A stretch of 64,000 nt of DNA from Candidatus Hydrogenedentota bacterium (GCA_963674865.2 CAXXYE010000004.1:544001-608000), one strand, 5' to 3'. Positions 10,126 through 19,496 are shown, numbered from the stretch's first letter. The notes: generated by a model from the letters alone, not told the origin. Numbers and translations are program-made.

Positions 10126-11172
10126 ATGCCCACGGAAGACAAGACCATCCGGTTCAACATCGCCTATCACCCAACGCCCTATCCGGACGCCATGCGCCGG
10201 GACCTCGAAGATATTGCCGAGGTATGCGACGGCATCTACCTGCCCTTTGCCGAGTCCGACCTCGAATACCGCTCGAACATGGTGAAGCGCTGCATCGACA
10301 TCGCCCACGAGATGAACCTCATCGTCGTCGCGGACTTCTGGGGATATGGCAACCTCTTCGCCTGCGGCGGCATCCCGAGCCAATTCGCCTGTAAACACCA
10401 GGAGCTAGGCTGCGTGAGCAGCCTTGGCCGCACCGTACTCAAGAGCTGCCCGAACAAACCCGCCGTCCGCGCCTTCATGAAGGAAACCATCGAGCAGTTT
10501 CTCGACAAGTACGGCGCCGACGGTGTGTTCTGGGATGAGCCTGGCTGGGGCATCCCCCGCCATGCCGGCGCCCTCGAGGAGGGGGAGTGGCTCTGCCGGT
10601 GTCCCGACTGCCTGGCCCGCTTCGAGGAGCGCTTCGGCCATGAGATGCCCATGGACCTTACCGAGGAGATCAAGACCTTTCGCAACGAGACGACGCTCAG
10701 CTTCCTCAGCGATCTCTGCGCCTTCACCAAGGCATGCGGCGACCACCTCATCACCTCCACCTGCGTGATGCCCATCAACGACGACGCCTTCAAACAGGCC
10801 GTCGGCCAGGCCGCCGACCTCGACATTCTCGGCATCGACCCCTACTGGAGTCCCGCCGAGGACCTGGCGCAGGAGCCCTTCATTGCCCAACACGCCGGAT
10901 TCGCAGGCGAAATCGCCCGCGAGAACGGCAAACTTCTCGAAGTGTGGCTCAAGGCCTACGACCAACACGCCGGCCGCGAGAAAGACGCCTACCGAGCCGC
11001 CAAGTTCGCCGCGCTCAACGACGCCGACTGCATCAGCGCGTGGTCCTACCGCGACTGCATATCCTTCGTCCAGTGCGACCAGCCGAACCAGGCCGACGCC
11101 GACCTCGTCTGGAAAAACCTTCGCCGCGCCTACCACGAGATCCGTGAGGGAGACTTCGAACTCAACGTGTAA
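10126..11172 (+). CDS. TIM-barrel glycoside-hydrolase-like hypothetical protein
   Basis: SCPNKP, ADGVFWDEP, CRCPDC, GIDPYW; AGGAG RBS; no signal peptide. Confidence 0.65.
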   Translation: MPTEDKTIRFNIAYHPTPYPDAMRRDLEDIAEVCDGIYLPFAESDLEYRSNMVKRCIDIAHEMNLIVVADFWGYGNLFACGGIPSQFACKHQELGCVSSLGRTVLKSCPNKPAVRAFMKETIEQFLDKYGADGVFWDEPGWGIPRHAGALEEGEWLCRCPDCLARFEERFGHEMPMDLTEEIKTFRNETTLSFLSDLCAFTKACGDHLITSTCVMPINDDAFKQAVGQAADLDILGIDPYWSPAEDLAQEPFIAQHAGFAGEIARENGKLLEVWLKAYDQHAGREKDAYRAAKFAALNDADCISAWSYRDCISFVQCDQPNQADADLVWKNLRRAYHEIREGDFELNV

Positions 11173-11204
11173 CGTGGTGATTCCTGATTAAAGGGCCAAG
11201 ACAA

Positions 11205-11703
11205 TTGACAGGATAACAGGATGGACGTGACCTCCAGCGCCCCTTTCATTCCCGAGGAAGATCCTTGACCTTCCGCTTGACCTCCACCCGCTCTTCCCCG
11301 AAGTTGAGGAGCAGTCCCACCGGCTTTCCTGTGGCTACAAGGTAATTAACCAGTTGCACCTCGTGGGACACAACGATTCGACGAACGGCCTTGAGTTCAA
11401 GAATGATGGTGTCCTCCACCACAACGTCAGCCACGAACTCGCCGACCACCTCGCCGTCGTAGCTTACAGTAAGCGACTTCTGGGATTCGGCCCGAAGGCC
11501 GAGCTTTCGTAGTTCGATCATCAGACATTTCTCGTGCACTGACTCCAGGAATCCAAATCCCATGGTGTTGTAGACGCGATAGGCGCATCCGATGATCTGT
11601 TCCGTCAGTTCCTTGTATTCCATGAATGCCCTGGCCCCCGATCCATACCTTCTGCGACGTTACTCACAGGCCATATGTCTTCTTCATCCTGTTATCCTGT
11701 CAA
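11205..11703. mobile_element. Putative 499-bp GxxExxY cassette bounded by perfect 19-bp inverted repeats
   Basis: TTGACAGGATAACAGGATG (11205-11223) and CATCCTGTTATCCTGTCAA (11685-11703) enclose a single gene, between two convergent stop codons. Mobility is inferred. Confidence 0.6.
11246..11623 (-). CDS. GxxExxY protein (PD-(D/E)xK nuclease family, PDDEXK_3)
   Basis: ELTEQIIGCAYRVYNTMGFGFLESVHE, ADVVVEDTIILELKA, QLVNYL, GLLLNFG. Confidence 0.95.
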   Translation of the reverse strand: MEYKELTEQIIGCAYRVYNTMGFGFLESVHEKCLMIELRKLGLRAESQKSLTVSYDGEVVGEFVADVVVEDTIILELKAVRRIVVSHEVQLVNYLVATGKPVGLLLNFGEERVEVKRKVKDLPRE

Positions 11704-11727
11704 AGAACATCTTTCGGCGTCCCCGCG

Positions 11728-12603
11728 TTACCCTTTCACCGCGCCGAGCTGAATCCCGCGGACAAGATGCTTCTGCATGACGATGAACAGGACGATCAAC
11801 GGCACGATATTCATCACCGACGCTGCCATGATGAGATTCGTCTGCTTGCCGTAAACGGTGTCAAAGTACATCATGCCGATGGGCAGCGTGCGCAGATGCT
11901 CACTCTTGATCAGCACCAGCGGCCAGAAGAACGCGCTGTAATTCCCCATGAACGTGAAGATGGCAAGCACGATCAATCCCGGGCGCGCCAGCGGAAGAAT
12001 CACGTCCCAATACACCTGCCAATGCGAGGCCCCATCGATCAGCGCCGCCTCGTCAAGCGACGGCGGGATAGTCAGCATGAACTGCCTGAGCAGGAACGTC
12101 CCAAACGCCGTGAAGGCAGCCGGCACGATCAATCCCACGTACGAATCGAGCAAGTGCAGCTTCACCATCAGCGTGTAATTTGGAATCATCGTGACAACGC
12201 CCGGGATCATCATCGTCGCCAGATATAGCTTGAACACGTGATCCCGGCCCGGCCAGCGGATACGCGCAAACGCATAACCCGCCATAGAGCTTGTTAGACA
12301 CACCAGCAGCGTCACCCAGCCTGCCACGAAAACACTGTTGAAATAATACCTCTTGAATGAAATGTCCTTTGAATTCAGCACATCCGTGTAGTTTTCCGCG
12401 TGCCATTGCGAGGGAAGGGGATTGAGCCGCTGCACCTCATTGAGCGGCTTGAAGCTCGTCAGCACCATCCAAGAAAAGGGCATCAGCGTGGTAATCGCGA
12501 CGCAGACAAGCAGCGCGTGCGACGCACCGAACCGGCCGCGCCGAAACCACCACTTCCCAAAACCGCCGCCTTGCTCCCTAATAGCTGACATAACGGCTCC
12601 CAA
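11728..12603 (-). CDS. Carbohydrate ABC transporter permease (MalG-type)
   Basis: EAA loop LDEAALIDGAS, AGYAFAR, TM pattern; start may be GTG 12591. Confidence 0.93.
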   Translation of the reverse strand: MGAVMSAIREQGGGFGKWWFRRGRFGASHALLVCVAITTLMPFSWMVLTSFKPLNEVQRLNPLPSQWHAENYTDVLNSKDISFKRYYFNSVFVAGWVTLLVCLTSSMAGYAFARIRWPGRDHVFKLYLATMMIPGVVTMIPNYTLMVKLHLLDSYVGLIVPAAFTAFGTFLLRQFMLTIPPSLDEAALIDGASHWQVYWDVILPLARPGLIVLAIFTFMGNYSAFFWPLVLIKSEHLRTLPIGMMYFDTVYGKQTNLIMAASVMNIVPLIVLFIVMQKHLVRGIQLGAVKG

Positions 12604-13537
12604 ACCGCCAATTCACAAGCGTCACCGCGAAAATCAGCGTGAAGAGTATCCATGCCACCGAAGACGCATATCCAATCTGAAACTCCTCGAAGGCCTTAGT
12701 GTAGATGTAATAGGCCAACGTCGTCGTCGTGCCTGCCGGCCCGCCCTGCGTCATCACCCGCGCCTGCTCGAATCCGCCTTGTAGGCCCCCTATGAAGCTC
12801 ATGATCACGATGAAGAACGTCGTCGGCGCCAACTGCGGCCACGTGACATGGCGGAACTTTGCCCAATGGCCTGCCCCGTCGATCTCCGCCGCCTCGTACA
12901 GGTCCCTCGGGATGTTCGAGATCCCCGCGAGATAGAGCAGCATGTTCCCGCCGCCGATGGCCGTCCAGATGCCCATGATGATGAGCGCGTCCCGCGCGCC
13001 CAGCCCGAACTGGCGTGAGACAATCTCCACCCGCTCCACGGCCAACGCCAGCACGTTCTTCGTCGAGGCCAACCAATCCGGCGGCTCCAATTGCACCAGG
13101 CCCACCCCGTCGAAAACCCACTCCAGCAGAAGATTAATCGGCCCGAACGTCGGATTGTACAGCGCCTTCCAGAGGATGAGCAGCGCCACCCCCGCCGTGA
13201 AGCTCGGTAGGTAGAAGAGTGTGCGATACACCACCATTCCCCGCAGCCGCTGACTGATGAGAACCGCCAGAAAGAGCGACCCGGCTATGGCAATCGGCAT
13301 CCCGAGCATCAGATAAGCCGTGTTGATGAAATAGAGCCAGAACTCCGGCTCCGTGATGAGCTTGACGTAGTTATCGAACCAAACGCAGCGGAGCGGCACC
13401 GTCTTCATCAGGTTCCAGTTCGTGAACGACGCGGCCAGCGAAAACACCACCGGCCCCACCGTGAACGTCAAGAAACCTAGGAAATTGGGAAGCAAGAAGC
13501 ACAGCGCCACAACCGTCCTGCGCGTCTGCCGCGTCAT
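12578..13537 (-). CDS. Carbohydrate ABC transporter permease (MalF-type)
   Basis: LYEAAEIDGAG, FRHVTWP, GYASSVAW. Confidence 0.93.
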   Translation of the reverse strand: MTRQTRRTVVALCFLLPNFLGFLTFTVGPVVFSLAASFTNWNLMKTVPLRCVWFDNYVKLITEPEFWLYFINTAYLMLGMPIAIAGSLFLAVLISQRLRGMVVYRTLFYLPSFTAGVALLILWKALYNPTFGPINLLLEWVFDGVGLVQLEPPDWLASTKNVLALAVERVEIVSRQFGLGARDALIIMGIWTAIGGGNMLLYLAGISNIPRDLYEAAEIDGAGHWAKFRHVTWPQLAPTTFFIVIMSFIGGLQGGFEQARVMTQGGPAGTTTTLAYYIYTKAFEEFQIGYASSVAWILFTLIFAVTLVNWRFGSRYVSY

Positions 13538-14919
13538 GGCGCCCCCTCCTCGTCATCCCACGCGGGCCGCGCACCCGCCGCGACGGCGCGCTCATACTCA
13601 TCCCGCAACACGGGATCGATCCTGAGCGTCTCGACGATGGCCTTGTTGATCTTCTCCGCGGCGTCACGCATAGCCTCTGCGGCCGGCTTGAGATTCGCCT
13701 TCACGAGGTCGAGCTGCACGAGCATGATGCGCTCCACCGTTTGCCCGTTCACGTAGGAGCTGACCTGCAGCGGCACACTGTCTTCGAGAGCCGTTCGCCA
13801 CTCCGCGTTGCAATCCTCCTCCGGGTGCTCGGGATTGTGCAGAAACGCGTCCTCGTACTCGCCGTAGTGATACTTCATCACCGGCCCCAATGCATCCGCC
13901 TGCCGGTTGACAAGCTGCGACCATTCCTTGCTGTGCAGATACTCCATGAAGGTGAGCGCCCCTTCGATGTGCTGGCCCGTCGCGTTCACCAGCGTGGCAC
14001 GGCCCCCCCCGAACTGCCTTCGGCTCGGCCCGTGCGGCAACGGGACCGCGCCCAAGCGCATATGGGCGTAATCCTCATCACGCAATAGGCACAGCCACCA
14101 ACGCCCCCCAAGGGCCATGGCCCCCTTCTCGGCGCCGAACAGACCCAAAACGCCCGTGCCCCACCCGCCGGCGCTCGACATCGCCATCTCCTCCGTCGGC
14201 GTCGGCATCACCTCATACCGGTAGATGAGGTCCTGCATGAACTGGATGGCGGCGACCGCCTCCGGCGAATCGAGCACGCACCGCGTGCCCTCGGGCGTGT
14301 AGTAATCCGCGCCCCATTGCGCCAGCGCCGCGTTGTAGTCCCAGTAGCCGATGAAGCCGAATTGTACCGGGCGGCCGCGCTCATCACGCACCGTCAGACG
14401 CTGCGCAACCTCGATGAACTCGTCCCACGTCCAGTCCCCCGAAGGATACGGTTCCCCGGCCTCGTCGAAGAGCACCTTGTTGTACCAGATGTCGTAGGCG
14501 TTGGCGTTGTCCGGATGGCCGTAGGCGCGGCCCTCGTAGACGAAAAGCGGCTTCAGGCAAGGCCAGACCGCATCAATATCGATTCCCCGCTCCGCTAGGG
14601 CCTCCGTACAGTCCATGGCGATCCCCGAACGCACATACGCCACAAGTTGCGAGCCCGTGTAGCAATCGAACAGATCCGGCCCGACGCCCGCCAGGCTCTG
14701 CACGATCACCTTCTGCATCCCCGAGTTCTGAGGGTCGATACGCAGCCGGTAGCGAGGATAGAGTTCGTTGAAAAGTGCGATTTGCCCCCGCCGAACCGGA
14801 TTGTCGTCCGTACACCAAACCAGCTCGATCCGATCGTCCGTCTGTCTGGGATGCCACAGCCCCGCCACCACGGACAGCGCCGCCAGTACCGCGAATGACC
14901 CCAGAAAAACGTATTTCAT
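13534..14919 (-). CDS. Sugar ABC transporter substrate-binding protein
   Basis: N-terminal hydrophobic anchor, WYNKVLFDEAG...WTWDEF; ATGA coupling to the permease; GGAG RBS before ATG 14919. Confidence 0.9.
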   Translation of the reverse strand: MKYVFLGSFAVLAALSVVAGLWHPRQTDDRIELVWCTDDNPVRRGQIALFNELYPRYRLRIDPQNSGMQKVIVQSLAGVGPDLFDCYTGSQLVAYVRSGIAMDCTEALAERGIDIDAVWPCLKPLFVYEGRAYGHPDNANAYDIWYNKVLFDEAGEPYPSGDWTWDEFIEVAQRLTVRDERGRPVQFGFIGYWDYNAALAQWGADYYTPEGTRCVLDSPEAVAAIQFMQDLIYRYEVMPTPTEEMAMSSAGGWGTGVLGLFGAEKGAMALGGRWWLCLLRDEDYAHMRLGAVPLPHGPSRRQFGGGRATLVNATGQHIEGALTFMEYLHSKEWSQLVNRQADALGPVMKYHYGEYEDAFLHNPEHPEEDCNAEWRTALEDSVPLQVSSYVNGQTVERIMLVQLDLVKANLKPAAEAMRDAAEKINKAIVETLRIDPVLRDEYERAVAAGARPAWDDEEGAP

Positions 14920-15055
14920 CGCGACTCCCATCGTCCCCGCGACGGTGCCGCAGTCTAACCGGAACTCCGCCGCCCTGTCCAACAGCACGACAGATCAGGG
15001 GACGCCATCCAAGCGCCGCCTCCGAAGCGACTAGCGTCCCCCTGATGTCCAGACG

Positions 15056-15620
15056 CACGCAGATTCACACCGGCAGAAAACTCCCATTTTCGCGGTTCTT
15101 TGTGTCCTTCGCGGCCAACACGAACATGTGACTCGAGAGTTCTCCCCGAGGCCACACACTCTGGCGTGATACGGTTTCCCGTTTCCTTGGCGCCTTGGCG
15201 CCTTGGCGTGAGGAAATCCCCGCGCTGCAACTCACGCAAAGCCGCCAAGAACGCAAAGGAGCGGCGAGGAGAGACAATTGTAAGACAGGGACGGAGGAAA
15301 GATTATTCTGGACAGGATGAACAAGATGGACAGGAAGGGCTCTCGAAATCCTGCGTATCTTGTCAATCCTGTCCATTCCTGCCGCTTCGCGGCGATGCAG
15401 GCTACTCCAGTGACTCATCTTGCCTTGGTGGTGAAGACGTCCTGCGCCCGCAGGCCACGCATACCAGCCCGGCGCAACGGCACAGCCACCCCGGCCACAC
15501 CTCCGGGCCCCGCCTCATGCGCAAAGGCCATATCCCGGCCCTGCAAGGGCCGCGCATACCAGCCCGGCGCAACGCGCCGGGACCTTGTCCCAACACCATA
15601 TACAAGCCCTGAAGGGGCGC
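15056..15620. repeat. Cluster of several REP-like families upstream of tRNA-Ala
   Basis: TTTTCGCGGTTCTTTGTGTCCTTCGCGGCC; CTTGGCGCCTTGGCGCCTTGGCG and CGCAAAGCCGCCAAGAACGCAAAG; GACAGGATGAACAAGAT...ATCTTGTCAATCCTGTCC; two GCATACCAGCCCGGCGCAACG units and GCCCTGAAGGGGC. Confidence 0.75.
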
Positions 15621-15689
15621 GACAATATCCCTCACCACATGACGGCCAGAAAACGCCCCAAGAACTAGTCCGCCCTCACGCCATCCGAG

Positions 15690-15718
15690 TTGACTTGCAA
15701 CCGCCCGTCTGCTACGAT
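15690..15718 (+). promoter_or_regulatory. Sigma70-type promoter of tRNA-Ala
   Basis: TTGACT-17 bp-TACGAT. Confidence 0.65.
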
Positions 15719-15732
15719 CCGCCTTCGCACAT

Positions 15733-15808
15733 GGGGGTGTAGCTCAGATGGGAGAGCGCTGCGTTCGCAATGCAGAGGTCAGGGGTTCGATCCCCCTCAC
15801 CTCCACCA
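15733..15808 (+). tRNA. tRNA-Ala (anticodon CGC)
   Basis: GGGGGTG/CACCTCC acceptor stem with G3:U70; anticodon arm CTGCG-TTCGCAA-TGCAG; GGTTCGATCC T-arm; encoded CCA. Confidence 0.97.
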
Positions 15809-15819
15809 TGTAAAGCTTT

Positions 15820-15858
15820 AAGGGCCAAGAGCTTACTCGAAGCTCTCGGCCCTTTCTT
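15820..15858. terminator. Hairpin terminator between tRNA-Ala and the convergent MarC-family gene
   Basis: AAGGGCCAAGAGCTT-ACTCG-AAGCTCTCGGCCCTT-TCTT. Confidence 0.6.
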
Positions 15859-15931
15859 ATTCCAGTCCATTCACCTTGCATCTTCCCCGCAGGTACTCGC
15901 CAAATCCTCCGGCCCTTGCGATCCTTTTGAC

Positions 15932-16543
15932 TCAGAACTTTCTCGCCCACGTCTGTAGCCCACGCATAATCATCTCCACGGAAACCGTCCCGACAAACAG
16001 CGCCGTAATTCTCCCCGTAACTTCTATATAGCGTTCGATAAGCGGCTCCTTTCGCGGACGCACGTAGTCATGCAGCCGCTTGAGGAGAAGCATCACCGCA
16101 ACCGACAAGAAAACGGCGAACAGAATCGCCGCACAGGCCGCAGCGGGGGCAAGTTTTTGGCCGGCAAGCACGCTCGCGCTGATCGTGCTCGGGCCGATGA
16201 GAACCGGCATGGCGATAGCGCCCGCCAAATGCTCGGACTCACCGCGGAGAATCTCAATTGCATCACTCCCTCGAAACACGAACTGAATACCGATGAGCAA
16301 GAACACGATACCGCCGAATATCTGGAAGGAGGCGAAGTCCGCCTGCACGAGTCTCGCGAAGAGCGCGTTTCCCGCGAGCGCGAAACAACTGAAAACGGCA
16401 AAACTGATCCCCGCTGCACGAAACAAGACCTTGGTGAAGGCGAAGAAATCCAGTTTTCGAACGATATCTGTCAGGTACACAATGACCAGAAAGGGATTGA
16501 GAAGAACCAGCAGTAGCGCTGAGGCGTGCAAGAAATCATTCAT
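15932..16543 (-). CDS. MarC family membrane protein
   Basis: LLVLLNPF, SFQIFGGIVF, AMPVLIGPSTI, RITALFVGTVSVEMI. Confidence 0.9.
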   Translation of the reverse strand: MNDFLHASALLLVLLNPFLVIVYLTDIVRKLDFFAFTKVLFRAAGISFAVFSCFALAGNALFARLVQADFASFQIFGGIVFLLIGIQFVFRGSDAIEILRGESEHLAGAIAMPVLIGPSTISASVLAGQKLAPAAACAAILFAVFLSVAVMLLLKRLHDYVRPRKEPLIERYIEVTGRITALFVGTVSVEMIMRGLQTWARKF

Positions 16544-16708
16544 GTCTCTGTCCTCTTGTGGTCAACGATTCTGAGGGCCACGTCACAATGGGCTGTCTTC
16601 ACCCAATCAGCGTACATACTCCCGGTAAGCGAGTTAAAGCGGCTCCAGCAACCGCAAGTTACCGTCAGGCGCTGGAAATCCCCACCTCCCGGCGCTATCC
16701 TCTTGCGC

Positions 16709-18709
16709 ATGCGCTTCGGATTTCTAATAACGATTCTCGTATTGGCGGCAGTCTGTGCGCTGATAGCCGGCGCCACGGAGGGCGAACGCGTGGCCAAGAC
16801 CTTCTACGTATCGAAACTGGGCGACAACTCCGACGGCCTATCCTGGCCCACGGCATTCACCAAGGTGCAGACGGCCCTCGACGCCGTTCCCGACGACCTG
16901 GGCGGGCACCGCATCATCATCCGCCCCGATATCTACATGGAAGCCAACATGCTCCCGGCCCATCCCGGCGCGGAGGGCGCGTACAACGAGCTTGTCGGCG
17001 ATTTCGACGGCCAACTCGGCTCCGGCACCTCCGGCCACGTTATCCTCGACGCGGGCGACCCGCGCAGGGGATTCAAGAGCTATGACTGGTGGGGCAATAT
17101 CCGCGCCTACCAGAAGGGCTGGTCGGAGGAACACACGGAGGAAACCGTTTCCGCCATCAACTGGGATCGCTGGCTCCTCCGCCGCCTCTACGCCACCGGC
17201 GGCGACGGCGGACTCTGCTTCGATTGCACCGACCGCATCGAGCCGTTCACCGTCGTCGTCGAGGACTGCATCAGCATCGGCCGCGCCTTCGGCTGCGGCG
17301 CCATGAGTTGCCTCTCACGCCCCGACGAGCCCATCACCTTCCGCCGCTGCAACATGTGGTCCCTCGACGAATGGGGCGACACCGCGGCCGGCTACGTCCG
17401 CATTGAGAACGAGTCCATGCCCGAACGCCACGATGTCGTCTTCGAGGACTGCACCATGGTGAGCCCCCAGTGCGCCCTCAAAGGCGGCAATTACGGCTTC
17501 CACACCTACACCCGCGTCCTCGTGCGTGACTGCAAACTCATCGCCCTGAACTTCTCCCAGCCGCACGGCACGCCCACCGACGGCGTCGTGCAGAGCGTCC
17601 AGAACGGCAAGTACCTCCACGTCGACTTCGAGGACTCCGTCCTCATGGGCTTCAAGGTCTTCGGCGTCAAAGTGGACAAAGACACCGCTGGCGATATCGG
17701 CTACTCGACCAAAGGCTCCGCCCTGGCCTATATCCAATACACGCAAGACGTGCCGGAGGGCTTCCACACCCTCGGCCACTGGCCCGTCCAAGCCTTCGAG
17801 AACATCGCGCCCGCCGCGCCCGTGAGGCCCGCGCCGATACTCGCCAACCGCAGACTCATCATGCGTGATATGTGCGAGCTGTCGCCCGTCATGTGGAAAG
17901 GGCGCTTGTGCCACATGGAATGCCACCGCCCCGCGCACGGCGGCGTAAAGGAAGACTACTACCTGCTCCTGCGCGACGTCGAAACCGGCGAGGAGATGAC
18001 GCGCTTCGCAGTCGGCTACAGCCTTGGTTCCTGCCACGTCCACGACGGCGTCTTCTACGCCTTCGCGTCCCGGTTCGGCGACAACGACTGGAATGATGTG
18101 ACGCTCTTCAAGTCGGCCGACCTCAATGCCTGGGAGCATGAGCTCGTCATACGGCAGGAGAGCGAGCACCTGTTCAACAGCTCCGTGTGCGAAGGGCCGG
18201 ACGGATTCCTCATGGCCTATGAATCCAACGACCGCACCTACCCGCCGTTCACCATCAAGTTCGCCCGCTCCGACGACCTCGAAAACTGGACTAAGCTGCC
18301 CGACGCGACCTTCGGCACCAACCGCTACACCGCGTGCCCTTGCGTCCGCTACGTCAACGGCTACTACTACGTGCTCTATCTCGAGACTCGCGCGCCGCTC
18401 CACTACTTCGAGACCTACATCACCCGCTCCAAGGACCTCAAGACCTGGGAACTCAGCGCCGCCAACCCCGTGCTCAGGCCCATCGGCCTCGACGAAGGCA
18501 TCAACGCCTCCGATCCCGAGATTATCGAAATCGACGGAAAGACCTACGTGTACTTCGCCGTCGGCGACCAACTCACCTGGATGAACATCAAACGCGCCGA
18601 ATTCGACGGCACGCTCGCCCAGTTCTACGAACACTGGTACGCCCAACCGGGCATACGCGACTGCGGCGACATGGCCTCCCACCTCGCCCGCGCCGCCCAG
18701 GCGAAATGA
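16709..18709 (+). CDS. Secreted protein: pectin-lyase-like N-terminal part plus glycoside-hydrolase-like beta-propeller
   Basis: Signal peptide MRFGFLITIL; FYVSKLGDNSDGLSWPTAF motif; C-terminal SADLNAW, SDDLENW, SKDLKTW repeats and ASDPEI. Confidence 0.7.
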   Translation: MRFGFLITILVLAAVCALIAGATEGERVAKTFYVSKLGDNSDGLSWPTAFTKVQTALDAVPDDLGGHRIIIRPDIYMEANMLPAHPGAEGAYNELVGDFDGQLGSGTSGHVILDAGDPRRGFKSYDWWGNIRAYQKGWSEEHTEETVSAINWDRWLLRRLYATGGDGGLCFDCTDRIEPFTVVVEDCISIGRAFGCGAMSCLSRPDEPITFRRCNMWSLDEWGDTAAGYVRIENESMPERHDVVFEDCTMVSPQCALKGGNYGFHTYTRVLVRDCKLIALNFSQPHGTPTDGVVQSVQNGKYLHVDFEDSVLMGFKVFGVKVDKDTAGDIGYSTKGSALAYIQYTQDVPEGFHTLGHWPVQAFENIAPAAPVRPAPILANRRLIMRDMCELSPVMWKGRLCHMECHRPAHGGVKEDYYLLLRDVETGEEMTRFAVGYSLGSCHVHDGVFYAFASRFGDNDWNDVTLFKSADLNAWEHELVIRQESEHLFNSSVCEGPDGFLMAYESNDRTYPPFTIKFARSDDLENWTKLPDATFGTNRYTACPCVRYVNGYYYVLYLETRAPLHYFETYITRSKDLKTWELSAANPVLRPIGLDEGINASDPEIIEIDGKTYVYFAVGDQLTWMNIKRAEFDGTLAQFYEHWYAQPGIRDCGDMASHLARAAQAK

Positions 18710-18761
18710 ATCGAGAACGAAACGGCCAGATCGAACCAACGAGCGAAGCCGCGCAAGAATC

Positions 18762-19436
18762 GACAGGATTGACAAGATACACAAGATTACAGAACTGAAT
18801 CCTGTCAATCCTGTTAATCCTGTCCAATGTGACCCTTCAATAGTCCCGTCTCATGAGTGGTTTCCCTTTCGCGTTCTTGGCGACTTCGCGTGAGAATGCT
18901 CCCATTACGGAGGATTGACGCTCTTCTCCGCGCTCCTCCGCGATCTCCGCGCCTCTGCGTTCAAATCCTCTCTCCCAACAGGTTGACCCCTCCGTCGATC
19001 CACCGAGCATAAGGCCCCGGCGAGAATTCTCAGGCCGCACGCCCCTCTCGGCCACGAAGAACACAAGGAACCGCGAAAACAGCGATTCTCCGCTCGCGTG
19101 CATCAGTGTCCATCTGAGTTCATCCGTGGTGAACATGAAAACCATTCCCCAGTAGCTTCGGTGATGCGACAGGTGGTTTCTTGCCTTCTCGCGGCCTCTT
19201 TGCGTTCTTGGCGGCTTTGCGTGAGAATGATCCCCTTGCGATAGGCCGACACTCTTCTCCGCGTTCCTCCGCGCCCTCCGCGTCTCTGCGTTCAGATCTT
19301 CCCCCGCCCACACGAGCCGAAGAGAGATCGTTATCGACAAGCTCGACAAGATACACGAGATTCCGACACATCCTTTTTCCATCCTGTTATCCTGTCCAGA
19401 ATGACCTTCCAACACTCCCCGTCTCATGAGTGGTTT
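18762..19436. repeat. Mosaic island of 8-9-bp-period palindromic repeat arms with internal direct duplications
   Basis: GACAGGATT/AATCCTGTC hairpins at 18762-18824 and ~19336-19397; CTTGGCG, CTCCGCG, CCACGAAGAACAC and CATCTGAGTTCATCCGTGG arms; CCCGTCTCATGAGTGGTTT twice. Confidence 0.85.
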
Positions 19437-19463
19437 GACCCCCTCCGCCAATCCGCCTAGAAT
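19435..19463 (+). promoter_or_regulatory. Sigma70-type promoter of the DUF1080 gene
   Basis: TTGACC-17 bp-TAGAAT. Confidence 0.65.
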
Positions 19464-19496
19464 GCCCCCTCAACCAAACAAAGGACGCCTACCACC

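Noticed and set aside
18720..19440. CRISPR array
   Set aside because: Repeats are heterogeneous and degenerate, lack constant repeat-spacer periodicity, and no cas genes are present.
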